The notes under the pieces: generated by a model | Told to the model about the DNA's origin: nothing | Databases searched by the model: none | What the model saw: the letters and a program-made list of their open reading frames with translations, nothing else | Program-made: the position numbers and the translations under genes | IMG/VR virus record: IMGVR_UViG_643348562_000001 | Location: 20,153 to 84,152 of that record | Direction: 5' to 3' (one strand) | From: a virus | Taxonomy: Duplodnaviria > Caudoviricetes | Length of the DNA stretch: 64,000 bases | Shown: piece by piece, positions 12,700-20,723 of the stretch | Position numbering within the stretch: the first letter of the stretch is position 1 | How the letters are laid out: the number at the start of each line of letters is the position of its first letter

Positions 12700-13212
12700 A
12701 TGTGGATAACAATCGGAGGAATGAATTTGGAAAATATAGAGATGCTTAAAATTTATTTATATGGAGGAGATATCAGATTACTACACTTCTTATGTATATT
12801 GATGCTAGTAGACATCGTGACAGGTATCGCTAAAGCGGTTTATAACAAAAACTTATGGTCGAGAAAGTCATTATTCGGCTTTGCTAGAAAATTGATGGTA
12901 TTCTGTATCATCGTATTAGCGAATATTATTGATCAGATACTTCAATTGAATGGTGGATTGGTCATTGTCACGATTATGTTCTATATCGCAAATGAGGGAC
13001 TATCTATTGTTGAAAATTGTGCGCAGATGGGCGTATTAATCCCAACAAATATTTCGGAGAAGTTAGCAGTTATCTTAAGTGAGAATGATAAGCAGTCAAT
13101 CACAACTGAAGTGAAAGAAGAATTTACAGCTAAACATTCTAAAGACTTGCCAGGTGGACAGGTTGACGTAAGTGTTAAGGTTCAGTCAGAAAAAAACGAA
13201 GAAATAAATTAA
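12700..13212 (+). CDS. Holin (toxin secretion/phage lysis holin family, Phage_holin_4_1-like)
   Basis: DIVTGIAKA...SRKSLFGFARK...FYIANEGLSIVEN motifs with TM segments. Confidence 0.9.
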   Translation: MWITIGGMNLENIEMLKIYLYGGDIRLLHFLCILMLVDIVTGIAKAVYNKNLWSRKSLFGFARKLMVFCIIVLANIIDQILQLNGGLVIVTIMFYIANEGLSIVENCAQMGVLIPTNISEKLAVILSENDKQSITTEVKEEFTAKHSKDLPGGQVDVSVKVQSEKNEEIN

Positions 13213-13239
13213 GGCAGCTCACTATGAGTTGTCTTTTTT
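13212..13239 (+). terminator. Terminator-like hairpin between holin and endolysin
   Basis: AGGCAGCTCA-cta-TGAGTTGTCT then TTTTT. Confidence 0.65.
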
Positions 13240-13267
13240 AAATACAAATTATAGGGAGAGAAATAAC

Positions 13268-14128
13268 ATGACATATAAAATTATTAATTCATGGTTACCA
13301 GCAAGCAAATATAGTTTAAAAGCACCTTTCTCAATGGATCCTGAATATATTACAGTTCACAATACAGGTAATACAGCGAGTGCTAGAGAAGAAGCAGCGT
13401 ATCATAACTCAAATAATAGCGAAACATCGTATCATGTAGTTATCGATGAAAATGAAGTACATCAATTAATTCCTTTCAGTCGTAACGCTTGGGATTCCGG
13501 AGATGGTAGAGGTAACGGAAACATGAAATCTATCGGAATCGAAATCGCACGTTCAATGGATAATGGATATAGTGGTCCTAAGTCACAACGTTATATGCAA
13601 GCAGAAGAAAACGCCGCGTTATATATCGCTCACGTTATGCACGAAAGAGGTTGGGATATGAGCCGACTAAAACGACATTATGATTGGTCGGGTAAAGACT
13701 GCCCTCACAAAATGCACGCTACAGGCACATATCAACAATTTAGAGATAAAGTTCAAAAGCATCTTGTCGCTTTAAATAACGGTAAAAAAGTTCAAGCAAG
13801 TACAGTTAAAAAACCGGTAAAGAAAGCACCTGCTAAAAATACGGGTGGTTGGCAAGTCAATCAGTACGGTACGAAGTGGAAAAACGAAAAAGGTACATTT
13901 ATTAATGGAAGTGAGCCTATTCAAGCCTATTACGTTGGACCATTTGTAATTGCTAAGAATAAAGCTGGGAAGTTACCTGCTAAAGCTACAGTTAAGTATG
14001 ATGAAGTAATGGTGCAAGATGGATATGTTTGGATCGCTTATGATGCGAATGATGGAAAGCGTATCTACTTACCAATCAGAACACATAAAAATGGCATTGA
14101 TGGACCACTTTGGGGAACAATTAAATAA
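13268..14128 (+). CDS. Endolysin: Amidase_2 (XlyA-like) plus SH3_5 cell-wall-binding domain
   Basis: ITVHNTGN, SIGIEI, HYDWSGKDCP zinc-amidase motifs; C-terminal YDEVMVQDGYVWIAY SH3b pattern. Confidence 0.9.
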   Translation: MTYKIINSWLPASKYSLKAPFSMDPEYITVHNTGNTASAREEAAYHNSNNSETSYHVVIDENEVHQLIPFSRNAWDSGDGRGNGNMKSIGIEIARSMDNGYSGPKSQRYMQAEENAALYIAHVMHERGWDMSRLKRHYDWSGKDCPHKMHATGTYQQFRDKVQKHLVALNNGKKVQASTVKKPVKKAPAKNTGGWQVNQYGTKWKNEKGTFINGSEPIQAYYVGPFVIAKNKAGKLPAKATVKYDEVMVQDGYVWIAYDANDGKRIYLPIRTHKNGIDGPLWGTIK

Positions 14129-14139
14129 GCATGATTACT

Positions 14140-14177
14140 AGCCCTGCACTCAAATTAATGAGTGCAGGGCTTTTTTT
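14140..14177 (+). terminator. Intrinsic terminator after endolysin
   Basis: AGCCCTGCACTCA...TGAGTGCAGGGCT plus a T run. Confidence 0.9.
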
Positions 14178-14179
14178 AT

Positions 14180-14257
14180 TTCGGTCATATACCCGAATAA
14201 TTTAAAATTCGGTTAAATAGCCGGATATTAGACTAATTAAAAGAGTTGTTGTATAAT
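14180..14257 (+). promoter_or_regulatory. Two TTCGG-N8-CCGRA palindromes followed by a sigmaA-type promoter (TAGACT-17-TATAAT)
   Basis: Read directly; same architecture at 63008-63085. Confidence 0.7.
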
Positions 14258-14263
14258 TATATT

Positions 14264-14435
14264 ACACGCAGCTTTATACAATACGCCGAAAAACACATGC
14301 GCTGGTCAACGTCGACTATGACCAATAAAATAGTTAGCTTGTCATTGAGTAGCTGCTTTGACTAAAAGATATTGTATATTGCCTGCAGCTCAAAGAACCA
14401 AAAGTTCAGACACCTATATTTATAGGTGTTTTTTT
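14264..14435 (+). ncRNA. Putative ~172-nt structured small RNA, copy 1
   Basis: Promoter upstream, ACACCTATA-tt-TATAGGTGT-T-run terminator, internal stems, near-identical copy at 63092-63263. Confidence 0.6.
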
Positions 14436-14481
14436 ATGCATTTAAAAGCACCTATCAATTAAGATGAGGTGCCTTTAAAAA

Positions 14482-14530
14482 GTTACCCAAGATTTAAACA
14501 CTTATAAAAATGGGTACTAAATTGGGTAAC
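14482..14530. repeat. Arm-type repeats (GTTACCCAA / TGGGTAC / TTGGGTAAC) left of the att core
   Basis: One copy in one orientation and two in the other, typical of tyrosine-integrase arm sites. Confidence 0.55.
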
Positions 14531-14620
14531 AACTATTAAATTATTATATATAAGTTAACATTGTTCAATTTATAAAACGCTGATATTATACACTTATAAT
14601 CACTTATAATTACAGTATTT

Positions 14621-14677
14621 ATCTACCGTATGCAGGTGTCTGAGTGGGAACGTGCCCAATATATGAAGCAGTATTAA
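14621..14677 (+). other. glnA: att core/junction: duplicated 3' end of glutamine synthetase gene (IYRMQVSEWERAQYMKQY*)
   Basis: Translation matches the conserved Firmicutes GlnA C-terminus (...QVxxWERxQYMxQY*); followed by a terminator at 14683-14716; lies between two prophages. Confidence 0.75.
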
Positions 14678-14731
14678 TAGAGAAAACCCTTTAACTGCAA
14701 TGGTTAAGGGGTTTTTATTTTGTAGAAACTT

Positions 14732-14778
14732 TGAGACTTATTGAGAAAATAATGACCAGATGTCTCATAAATGTCTCA
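14732..14778. repeat. Arm-type repeats (TGAGAC / TGTCTCA x2) right of the att core
   Basis: TGAGAC at 14732, inverted TGTCTCA at 14761 and 14772, adjacent to the integrase stop. Confidence 0.55.
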
Positions 14779-14785
14779 GGAATTT

Positions 14786-15940
14786 TTAGAATATGTTTTT
14801 TAGTGTATTTTCGTATAAAATTCTTGATTCTTCCTGTAGGTGCGGAGTGACATGTGCATAAATCCTTTCGGTCATTTCCATCGATTGATGTCCTAATCTT
14901 TCCTGGATAACTTTCATCGGGACATTAGCTTCTAATAAAAGTGTTGCATGAGTATGTCTCAGTTTGTGAACGGATATTTGTTGACCAAGAATCTTTTTAC
15001 TGCAATAAATCATCGTATTATGTATTGATGACCTTGATAGAGGTTTGCCGAATTCATTAACGAATAAGAAGTTATATTCATTTGAATACTCGCTGCCAAT
15101 AATTATCTTGTTTGTTTCATGTAGTTTCGTTAAGTTTAACATTTCATCGTATAATTCACGAGTAATATAAACTTTACGATGGTGTTTAGTTTTAGTGTTT
15201 CCTAATACGTCACGTTTCTGATCATATGATGAATCAACAGTTATATATAAGTTATTTTTATCGAAATCAGATAACTTCAATGCACAGGCTTCGCCGACAC
15301 GTAAGCCGGTCTCTATAATTAACCTGAATAAATAATAATGATAAATATTACGTCTTTTGACATCGGTAAGGAATGGTTTTATCAAGTCTTTTGGAATGTA
15401 CTCAGCTTTCTTTACTTTGTCAGTGATTCTGAATTCAATGTATTCAGCGGGATTAACTGATATTAATCCATCAAACTTTGCACGCTCCATCGCTCTAAAC
15501 ATTAATGAGTTTGTTTTTTTGATGGTCGAGATACTATAGTTATACTCAAAAAGTTTGTTTATTACTTTCTGTTGCATAGTAGGGGTTACTTTATCAATTC
15601 GAATATTTTCATCATGCAGCTTAACTTCTTCTATCAATTTCTTATTTTCATAGATTCGAATACTGAATAATCGCTTAGCACTCCATTTGTCGATATCTAT
15701 TGATGCCTGGGATACTTTTCCGACCCTATAAGTTTCTATATATTCATCTATGAAAGACTTAAGAGTAGGGATGTCAGTTTTACACTTATTTAGCTCAACA
15801 TCACGTTCTAAGTCTCGTGCTAACTTCTTAGCATCTCTTTCCTTCTTTACATTTTTCGAGATAGTCCTACGTTTACCATTCTCATCATAATAGTATACTC
15901 GCACACGATAGCCAGTACTAATCTTTTGAATAGAAGCCAT
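14786..15940 (-). CDS. int: Tyrosine integrase
   Basis: TGLRVGE, HKLRHTHAT, LGH, IYAHV catalytic motifs; N-terminal arm-binding domain. Confidence 0.97.
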   Translation of the reverse strand: MASIQKISTGYRVRVYYYDENGKRRTISKNVKKERDAKKLARDLERDVELNKCKTDIPTLKSFIDEYIETYRVGKVSQASIDIDKWSAKRLFSIRIYENKKLIEEVKLHDENIRIDKVTPTMQQKVINKLFEYNYSISTIKKTNSLMFRAMERAKFDGLISVNPAEYIEFRITDKVKKAEYIPKDLIKPFLTDVKRRNIYHYYLFRLIIETGLRVGEACALKLSDFDKNNLYITVDSSYDQKRDVLGNTKTKHHRKVYITRELYDEMLNLTKLHETNKIIIGSEYSNEYNFLFVNEFGKPLSRSSIHNTMIYCSKKILGQQISVHKLRHTHATLLLEANVPMKVIQERLGHQSMEMTERIYAHVTPHLQEESRILYENTLKNIF

Positions 15941-15944
15941 ATCA

Positions 15945-16406
15945 TCATATCCTTTCTAATCCAATTAATTTATGTGTCTTAGATCTGTTGATTAATAACT
16001 CTACACGCTTTGTTGCATGTTCCTGCGATACTTTAAAATAATCCATGATTGCTTCAACCGTAAATAAGTTATATTCAACGATTAATCGTTCAGGCATCAT
16101 GAAGAGTAGGGCGAATTTATCTGCTTCCGTTTCCTGCATGTAGTTATACGATGGATGCATTTGTTTCGAAACTCCTACATGCATAAAATAATGGCCAAGT
16201 TCGTGAGCGAATCTGAACCACATATCTTGCGGTGTTCCGAATTTAATGAATATAACATCACATCCGTCCAACTTCATATAGCAGCTCATTTCGTGATTAT
16301 ATGCAATATGAAGATTATAAATGTGAGCGAGAGCTTCAATACTTAAATCCTCAACTCTCTCGATAATATACGCTGTAATATCATTCACAAGTTCTTCAAT
16401 TCTCAT
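15945..16406 (-). CDS. ImmA/IrrE-family metalloprotease (anti-repressor)
   Basis: FAHELGH (HExxH) and ETEADKFA motifs; next to the integrase. Confidence 0.9.
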   Translation of the reverse strand: MRIEELVNDITAYIIERVEDLSIEALAHIYNLHIAYNHEMSCYMKLDGCDVIFIKFGTPQDMWFRFAHELGHYFMHVGVSKQMHPSYNYMQETEADKFALLFMMPERLIVEYNLFTVEAIMDYFKVSQEHATKRVELLINRSKTHKLIGLERI

Positions 16407-16454
16407 GTTATCTCCTCCGAAATTAGAATATATGTTTGGTTTTATGTTAAAATT

Positions 16455-16468
16455 AGAACGTACGTTCT
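16455..16468. promoter_or_regulatory. LexA (SOS/Cheo) box upstream of immA-like gene
   Basis: Perfect palindrome AGAAC-GTAC-GTTCT matching GAAC-N4-GTTC. Confidence 0.65.
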
Positions 16469-16549
16469 AAAAAATTTTTCAAAAATAACCACTATATTAC
16501 TAGTGGTCGGCTAGCTTATAAATAATTTATGGAATTAGAGGTGAAAGTA

Positions 16550-16753
16550 ATGATTGTTAATCTAGATGATGAAAATGTTGCGATTATAATAGATGCACTA
16601 TGCCATGTTGAATCTACTACAGATGCATTCGATTATATAGGTACAAATCCAACTCGCGAAGCCTACAGAAAGGCTTTTTTGAATACTTTTGAAAAAATCA
16701 ATGAAATTAGTAATGATGAGACTCGAAAGGGTATTTTTTATTTTCAAAAATAA
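16550..16753 (+). CDS. Small hypothetical protein convergent with HEPN-like gene
   Basis: GAGGTG RBS before ATG at 16550; 67 aa. Confidence 0.6.
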   Translation: MIVNLDDENVAIIIDALCHVESTTDAFDYIGTNPTREAYRKAFLNTFEKINEISNDETRKGIFYFQK

Positions 16754-17607
16754 TTATCTATTATAGTTCTTATACTATTTAATATAATCTCACAATCAGC
16801 TTTAGCTACCTCTCCTTTATTAGAGTGTGCTAAAGAATTGCGCAATGAATAAGTGATATCAATCCTTTTTGCTAGACGATAATTAATAACATTTCGATTT
16901 CTTAGTTCTTCACCTAGATAATTCAACATTGTATTATTATCTATTTTTATATTTTCTCTTTTGCAAAGCGCTATTAAAACTGTTTCTAGAGCAACGCTTA
17001 AGGTAGCTGCAGCAGGTAAATATAACTTTCTTTTATAGCATTCTTCTGCTTGATCCATTTGATATTTAAAGTCATCGTTAAATCCTTTGGCATTAAAGCT
17101 CCTTATTAGACCTTCATAATCTAAATGGGAATACGGTGAGATGGTTTCGTGGTTGTATGAATCAACCTTTGTTTTATTTTCGGTTCTCCAGTTATCGTAG
17201 TCCTTCTCCGCTCTGAGTCCTCCTTTATCTTTACTAAATATTTTTGAATAGAATTTTTCTATTATAAATATTTTATGTTTTACTAGTTCTGGAAATTTGA
17301 TTTCAATAAATTTTTCTATTCTCTCATAATTACTAAAATCTACAACTTTTTCGTATTCAGAGGGCTCTATATCTGTAAAATCATATTCAAGCTTTTCAAA
17401 ATTATGATTATCAACTATTAACAATGCAGTCTCATAGAAGAATTGTTTATCATTAAACTTTAAAATACAGTAGCTAAGATAGTTGCTATATTTTAAAAGA
17501 GGAAAAGCCTCGTCATGATGTTCCTTAATGTGATTGAAATTCAATTTAATTATTTCTTTGTATCCATTCAAATATTCATCGAGATAATCTTCATTTATAT
17601 TTGCCAT
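16744..17607 (-). CDS. Hypothetical protein with C-terminal HEPN/DUF4145-like domain
   Basis: EAxxCY-like helix, LSVALE, and LRNSLAH (R-x4-H). Confidence 0.6.
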   Translation of the reverse strand: MANINEDYLDEYLNGYKEIIKLNFNHIKEHHDEAFPLLKYSNYLSYCILKFNDKQFFYETALLIVDNHNFEKLEYDFTDIEPSEYEKVVDFSNYERIEKFIEIKFPELVKHKIFIIEKFYSKIFSKDKGGLRAEKDYDNWRTENKTKVDSYNHETISPYSHLDYEGLIRSFNAKGFNDDFKYQMDQAEECYKRKLYLPAAATLSVALETVLIALCKRENIKIDNNTMLNYLGEELRNRNVINYRLAKRIDITYSLRNSLAHSNKGEVAKADCEIILNSIRTIIDNYF

Positions 17608-17669
17608 ATCCTCATCTCTCTTTCTAAAAATAGCCGACCAGTAGGATACTAGTGGTCAGCTAGTGTAAA

Positions 17670-18749
17670 TTATTTAATTGGTAACTCAATAATTTGTTCT
17701 TCTGATAAATTCTCTCCGGTTTCATCATCGAAATAAGGCTTTGCTATATACGAAATAGAAGAAAGATCATCAACTTTAGTATCTTTTAGTTCATATACAA
17801 TTTTACCAGTAGATTTAACTGGACCTTTCATTTCAACAACCAAATCTGAATCAGTTAAAAAACTTGGTTCTACTTGCTCGCCTGAACTTGTCATAAGTTC
17901 TGCTTGATCTGCATAATAGTCTGCAGGTGTATTGCCAGTATTCTTTAATGTGACATCAAGAATTACAATTTGTGCATTTTCTCCAGCTTTAGTACTACTA
18001 AAATTATACTCATTATCTGGTGTAACCTTAATTTCTCCTAATTCTAAATTGTTGATAGTTAATTCAGCAGGACCAGCCTGGATTACTTTATTAACATTAG
18101 TTTTTTTCTTTGATTTGAAATCATCTAACGGATTTAACGAAGAAGTATCTTCATCATTTTCATTATCATCAGTACTTTCTTCCATAGCATTGTCATCTTC
18201 TGCTAGTAATTCTAGAGAATCATATTTTATTCCTTCTTTGTCCATAAAAGCTTTTAATTCGACATCATCTATATCTTTAAGTTGATTTTCCATATCATTG
18301 TTTAGCTCTTCGAATTTTTTATCTCCTTCTTCTTCGGACATTTTCCCGTCATTAACCTTTTTGATGACTTCAGAAGTGGAACTTATAAACTTACCTAATA
18401 CTTGACCAAATTTAACCATGCTTTCCGATGGTTTTTCATATTTGACAGGTTCTTTGTTATTATCCAAGAACTTTTTGAAATCTTGAGCTGCAGATTCTAC
18501 TTTATTACCACTTGTTTCAAAAGTTGCTAGAATACCTTGTACATTACCCGACTCTGATGATTGTTTAATATTCATTAGTTCTTTCGAATATACATCGATT
18601 GTTTTTTGGAACTCTTTTTTAATTTTCTCATCACTTATGTATTTTTCTTCTTTAGGTTTGCTTGTTGTTTTATTTTCTTGACTGCTTTCTTCTCCACATC
18701 CTGCTAAAAGAATACTGATAGCTAATCCACTTGATATTATTTTTTTCAT
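17670..18749 (-). CDS. Lipoprotein with C-terminal DUF4352-like domain (superinfection-exclusion candidate)
   Basis: Lipobox LLAGC; VILDVTLKNTG...STGKIVYE pattern. Confidence 0.75.
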   Translation of the reverse strand: MKKIISSGLAISILLAGCGEESSQENKTTSKPKEEKYISDEKIKKEFQKTIDVYSKELMNIKQSSESGNVQGILATFETSGNKVESAAQDFKKFLDNNKEPVKYEKPSESMVKFGQVLGKFISSTSEVIKKVNDGKMSEEEGDKKFEELNNDMENQLKDIDDVELKAFMDKEGIKYDSLELLAEDDNAMEESTDDNENDEDTSSLNPLDDFKSKKKTNVNKVIQAGPAELTINNLELGEIKVTPDNEYNFSSTKAGENAQIVILDVTLKNTGNTPADYYADQAELMTSSGEQVEPSFLTDSDLVVEMKGPVKSTGKIVYELKDTKVDDLSSISYIAKPYFDDETGENLSEEQIIELPIK

Positions 18750-18761
18750 TTTAATCTCCCA

Positions 18762-19835
18762 TTATATATATTTTTCAACGCAGGATAGAATTATGTCTTT
18801 ATGGTTAAGTAAATCGAATGGCTTATCGATACTTATAGTTGTTTTTTCTTCATTATTTAGTACGACTTTACTATTTTTACCTAGATAGGCTCTGGCAATC
18901 CATTTCCTTATGTTATTATCTATCAAAATATTAAAATAACTTTGATTATCTCTGTAATAAACTCTGTCTGCAGGAATGACATCATTTAGAATCACCTTAA
19001 TTATCGCATAAGTTTCTAACTCTTCTGGGGTTGTGATAATTTCGGGTTCAGATTTTTTAATCGAAGAAACGATTTCTTCTTCAGGAAGATCATCTGATAT
19101 GTTAATTTTGGGGTTTGCTCCAGTATTATTTAGGGCAGCATTTAACTTATCAGTAACTTTATCTTTTAACATTAAATTAAATGTATGCTTTACTGTTGGA
19201 TTAAATCTATCGATTACGGCTTTTGTTTTTACACCTTCATATACATGATTAAGGATATGTTTTACGAATTCTTCATTGGGATTTTCTAGCTGTTCATTTA
19301 AATAATTTCGAATCAAGTTCACATATTTAAGCTCATACGCAGAACTTGAAATATTTTCAACATCGAAATTTTCTTTAGTAAACTTAAAAAGCTCTTTTAT
19401 ATGATTTTCTTTCAATTGTAAAATATTAAAAATAAGGAAAGGTTTTGAATCCATTTTATTTGGCTCTTCTAAGTCAGTAAAAAATCTGTATTCAATACCA
19501 TTTGTTAGTATTCCAAACTTAGAAGTGCTGGTTCCGAAGTATCTGAATAACTGAGAATCATGATTTGTTAATTTTTCGTTTATAGATTTACACTCTATTA
19601 GTATCACAGGTAGTTCGTTATCTATAATTGCATAATCTACTTTTTCCCCTTTTTTTATACCGACATCTGCAATAAATTCTGGAGTGAATTCTAACGGATT
19701 AAACACATCATATCCTAGCGCTTGAAAAAAAGGTAAAACTAATGCAGTCTTTGTTGCTTCTTCTGTATTAACACTGTCTTTTAACTTTTCAACACGATTA
19801 GATAACAACTCTAAATTAGATGTAAACTTTTCCAT
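18762..19835 (-). CDS. Stand-alone HsdR N-terminal-like (HSDR_N) endonuclease-domain protein
   Basis: EEATKTALVLPF, EKVDYAI...IECK, GILTNG motifs. Confidence 0.8.
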   Translation of the reverse strand: MEKFTSNLELLSNRVEKLKDSVNTEEATKTALVLPFFQALGYDVFNPLEFTPEFIADVGIKKGEKVDYAIIDNELPVILIECKSINEKLTNHDSQLFRYFGTSTSKFGILTNGIEYRFFTDLEEPNKMDSKPFLIFNILQLKENHIKELFKFTKENFDVENISSSAYELKYVNLIRNYLNEQLENPNEEFVKHILNHVYEGVKTKAVIDRFNPTVKHTFNLMLKDKVTDKLNAALNNTGANPKINISDDLPEEEIVSSIKKSEPEIITTPEELETYAIIKVILNDVIPADRVYYRDNQSYFNILIDNNIRKWIARAYLGKNSKVVLNNEEKTTISIDKPFDLLNHKDIILSCVEKYI

Positions 19836-19857
19836 TTAACCATCCCCTTATATTTAA

Positions 19858-20203
19858 TTATAATTTCTTATTTCTCTTAGATCGCTCTACTAAGAAGGCT
19901 CCTTGTTCTAGCAGATTCTGAATAATTCTATCTTGTTCTTCTTTCGGTAGTTCATTTAAACCTTCGATATGGTTGAAAAACAAAGATTCAACTTTTACAT
20001 TGTTTAACTTTTCTCTACCATGTAATGCATCCTAAAGAAGTTTCGAATATATCTGCAATTTTCTTTTGAATATTAGCATCAGGAGTTCTTCTATCTTGCT
20101 CATAAGAAGCGTATGTTGTTTTTGCTACTCCTAGTTTTTCTGCCATTTGAGTTTGTGTATAACCATACTGCTTTCTTAATTTTTTTATATTCTGAGCAAA
20201 CAT
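19858..20203 (-). CDS. ImmR/CI-like XRE repressor, +1 base near 20031
   Basis: N-terminal XRE HTH; removing one C restores a 114-aa protein ending ...LVERSKRNKKL; divergent from cro. Confidence 0.85.
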
Positions 20204-20227
20204 TTATAACACCACCTATACTTCAAT

Positions 20228-20338
20228 TATACGCAATATGCGTACATTGACCATAAAAAAACAGAAAATAGTACAAAATGAGTATTTATTATTGACAAAG
20301 TACGCGTTTAGTAATAGTATGTAAGTACGCAATATGTA
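20228..20338. promoter_or_regulatory. Lysogeny switch: TTGACA-17-TAGTAT promoter (20292-20320) and TAC-N7-GTA operator repeats
   Basis: AGTACAAAATGAGTA (20270), AGTACGCGTTTAGTA (20299), AGTACGCAATATGTA (20324), palindrome at 20228-20246; a further copy at 20542 inside cro. Confidence 0.75.
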
Positions 20339-20356
20339 TTGCTTGGAGGTGAGAAG

Positions 20357-20608
20357 ATGAACACGTTAAAATCTTTGCGTAAAAAGCACAATATTACTCA
20401 AGAACAGTTAGCAGATGCTGTAGGACTTGCAACCACAACTATTTCGAGTTACGAGATAGGTCACAGAAACATTACTATTCCAGCTGCTTTAGCGTTAGCT
20501 AAATATTTTAATGTAAATTGGACTATTTTTTTTGATGATAAAGTACGCGAAATGTACGATTTAAAACAAAGTGATAACCAGGCAAGCGACCAAACTCACC
20601 TGGTATAA
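20357..20608 (+). CDS. Cro-like XRE regulator
   Basis: HTH; GGAGGTG RBS before ATG at 20357. Confidence 0.85.
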   Translation: MNTLKSLRKKHNITQEQLADAVGLATTTISSYEIGHRNITIPAALALAKYFNVNWTIFFDDKVREMYDLKQSDNQASDQTHLV

Positions 20609-20700
20609 ACCATCAATTACACGACCAAATGTAATTGTACGGTGTGACCAACACCGTACCTAAAGTATAGACCAAAAGTACGTAAACATTAAAGGCCAAA
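20577..20700 (+). repeat. Array of hairpins carrying GACCAA loops
   Basis: GACCAA at 20588, 20623, 20646 and 20670; the first three sit in clear stems. Confidence 0.7.
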
Positions 20701-20723
20701 AAATATTCAAGGAGAAAACAATT

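Larger units (their letters stand above)
1..14620 (+). mobile_element. Prophage 1, right part (head-tail-lysis modules; left part outside window)
   Basis: Co-oriented capsid, head-tail, tail tube, tape measure, Dit, tail, holin and amidase genes in siphovirus order, ending at an att-like junction. Confidence 0.95.

Noticed and set aside
14297-14365. 22-codon ORF MRWSTSTMTNK... inside the putative sRNA (open in both copies)
   Set aside because: No Shine-Dalgarno sequence, and several differences between copies are non-synonymous; not called as CDS, though not formally excluded
16420-16453. dif-like half-sites (TAGAATATAT ... TTATGTTAAA)
   Set aside because: Half-site spacing does not fit the 28-bp XerC/D dif layout; better explained as promoter sequence
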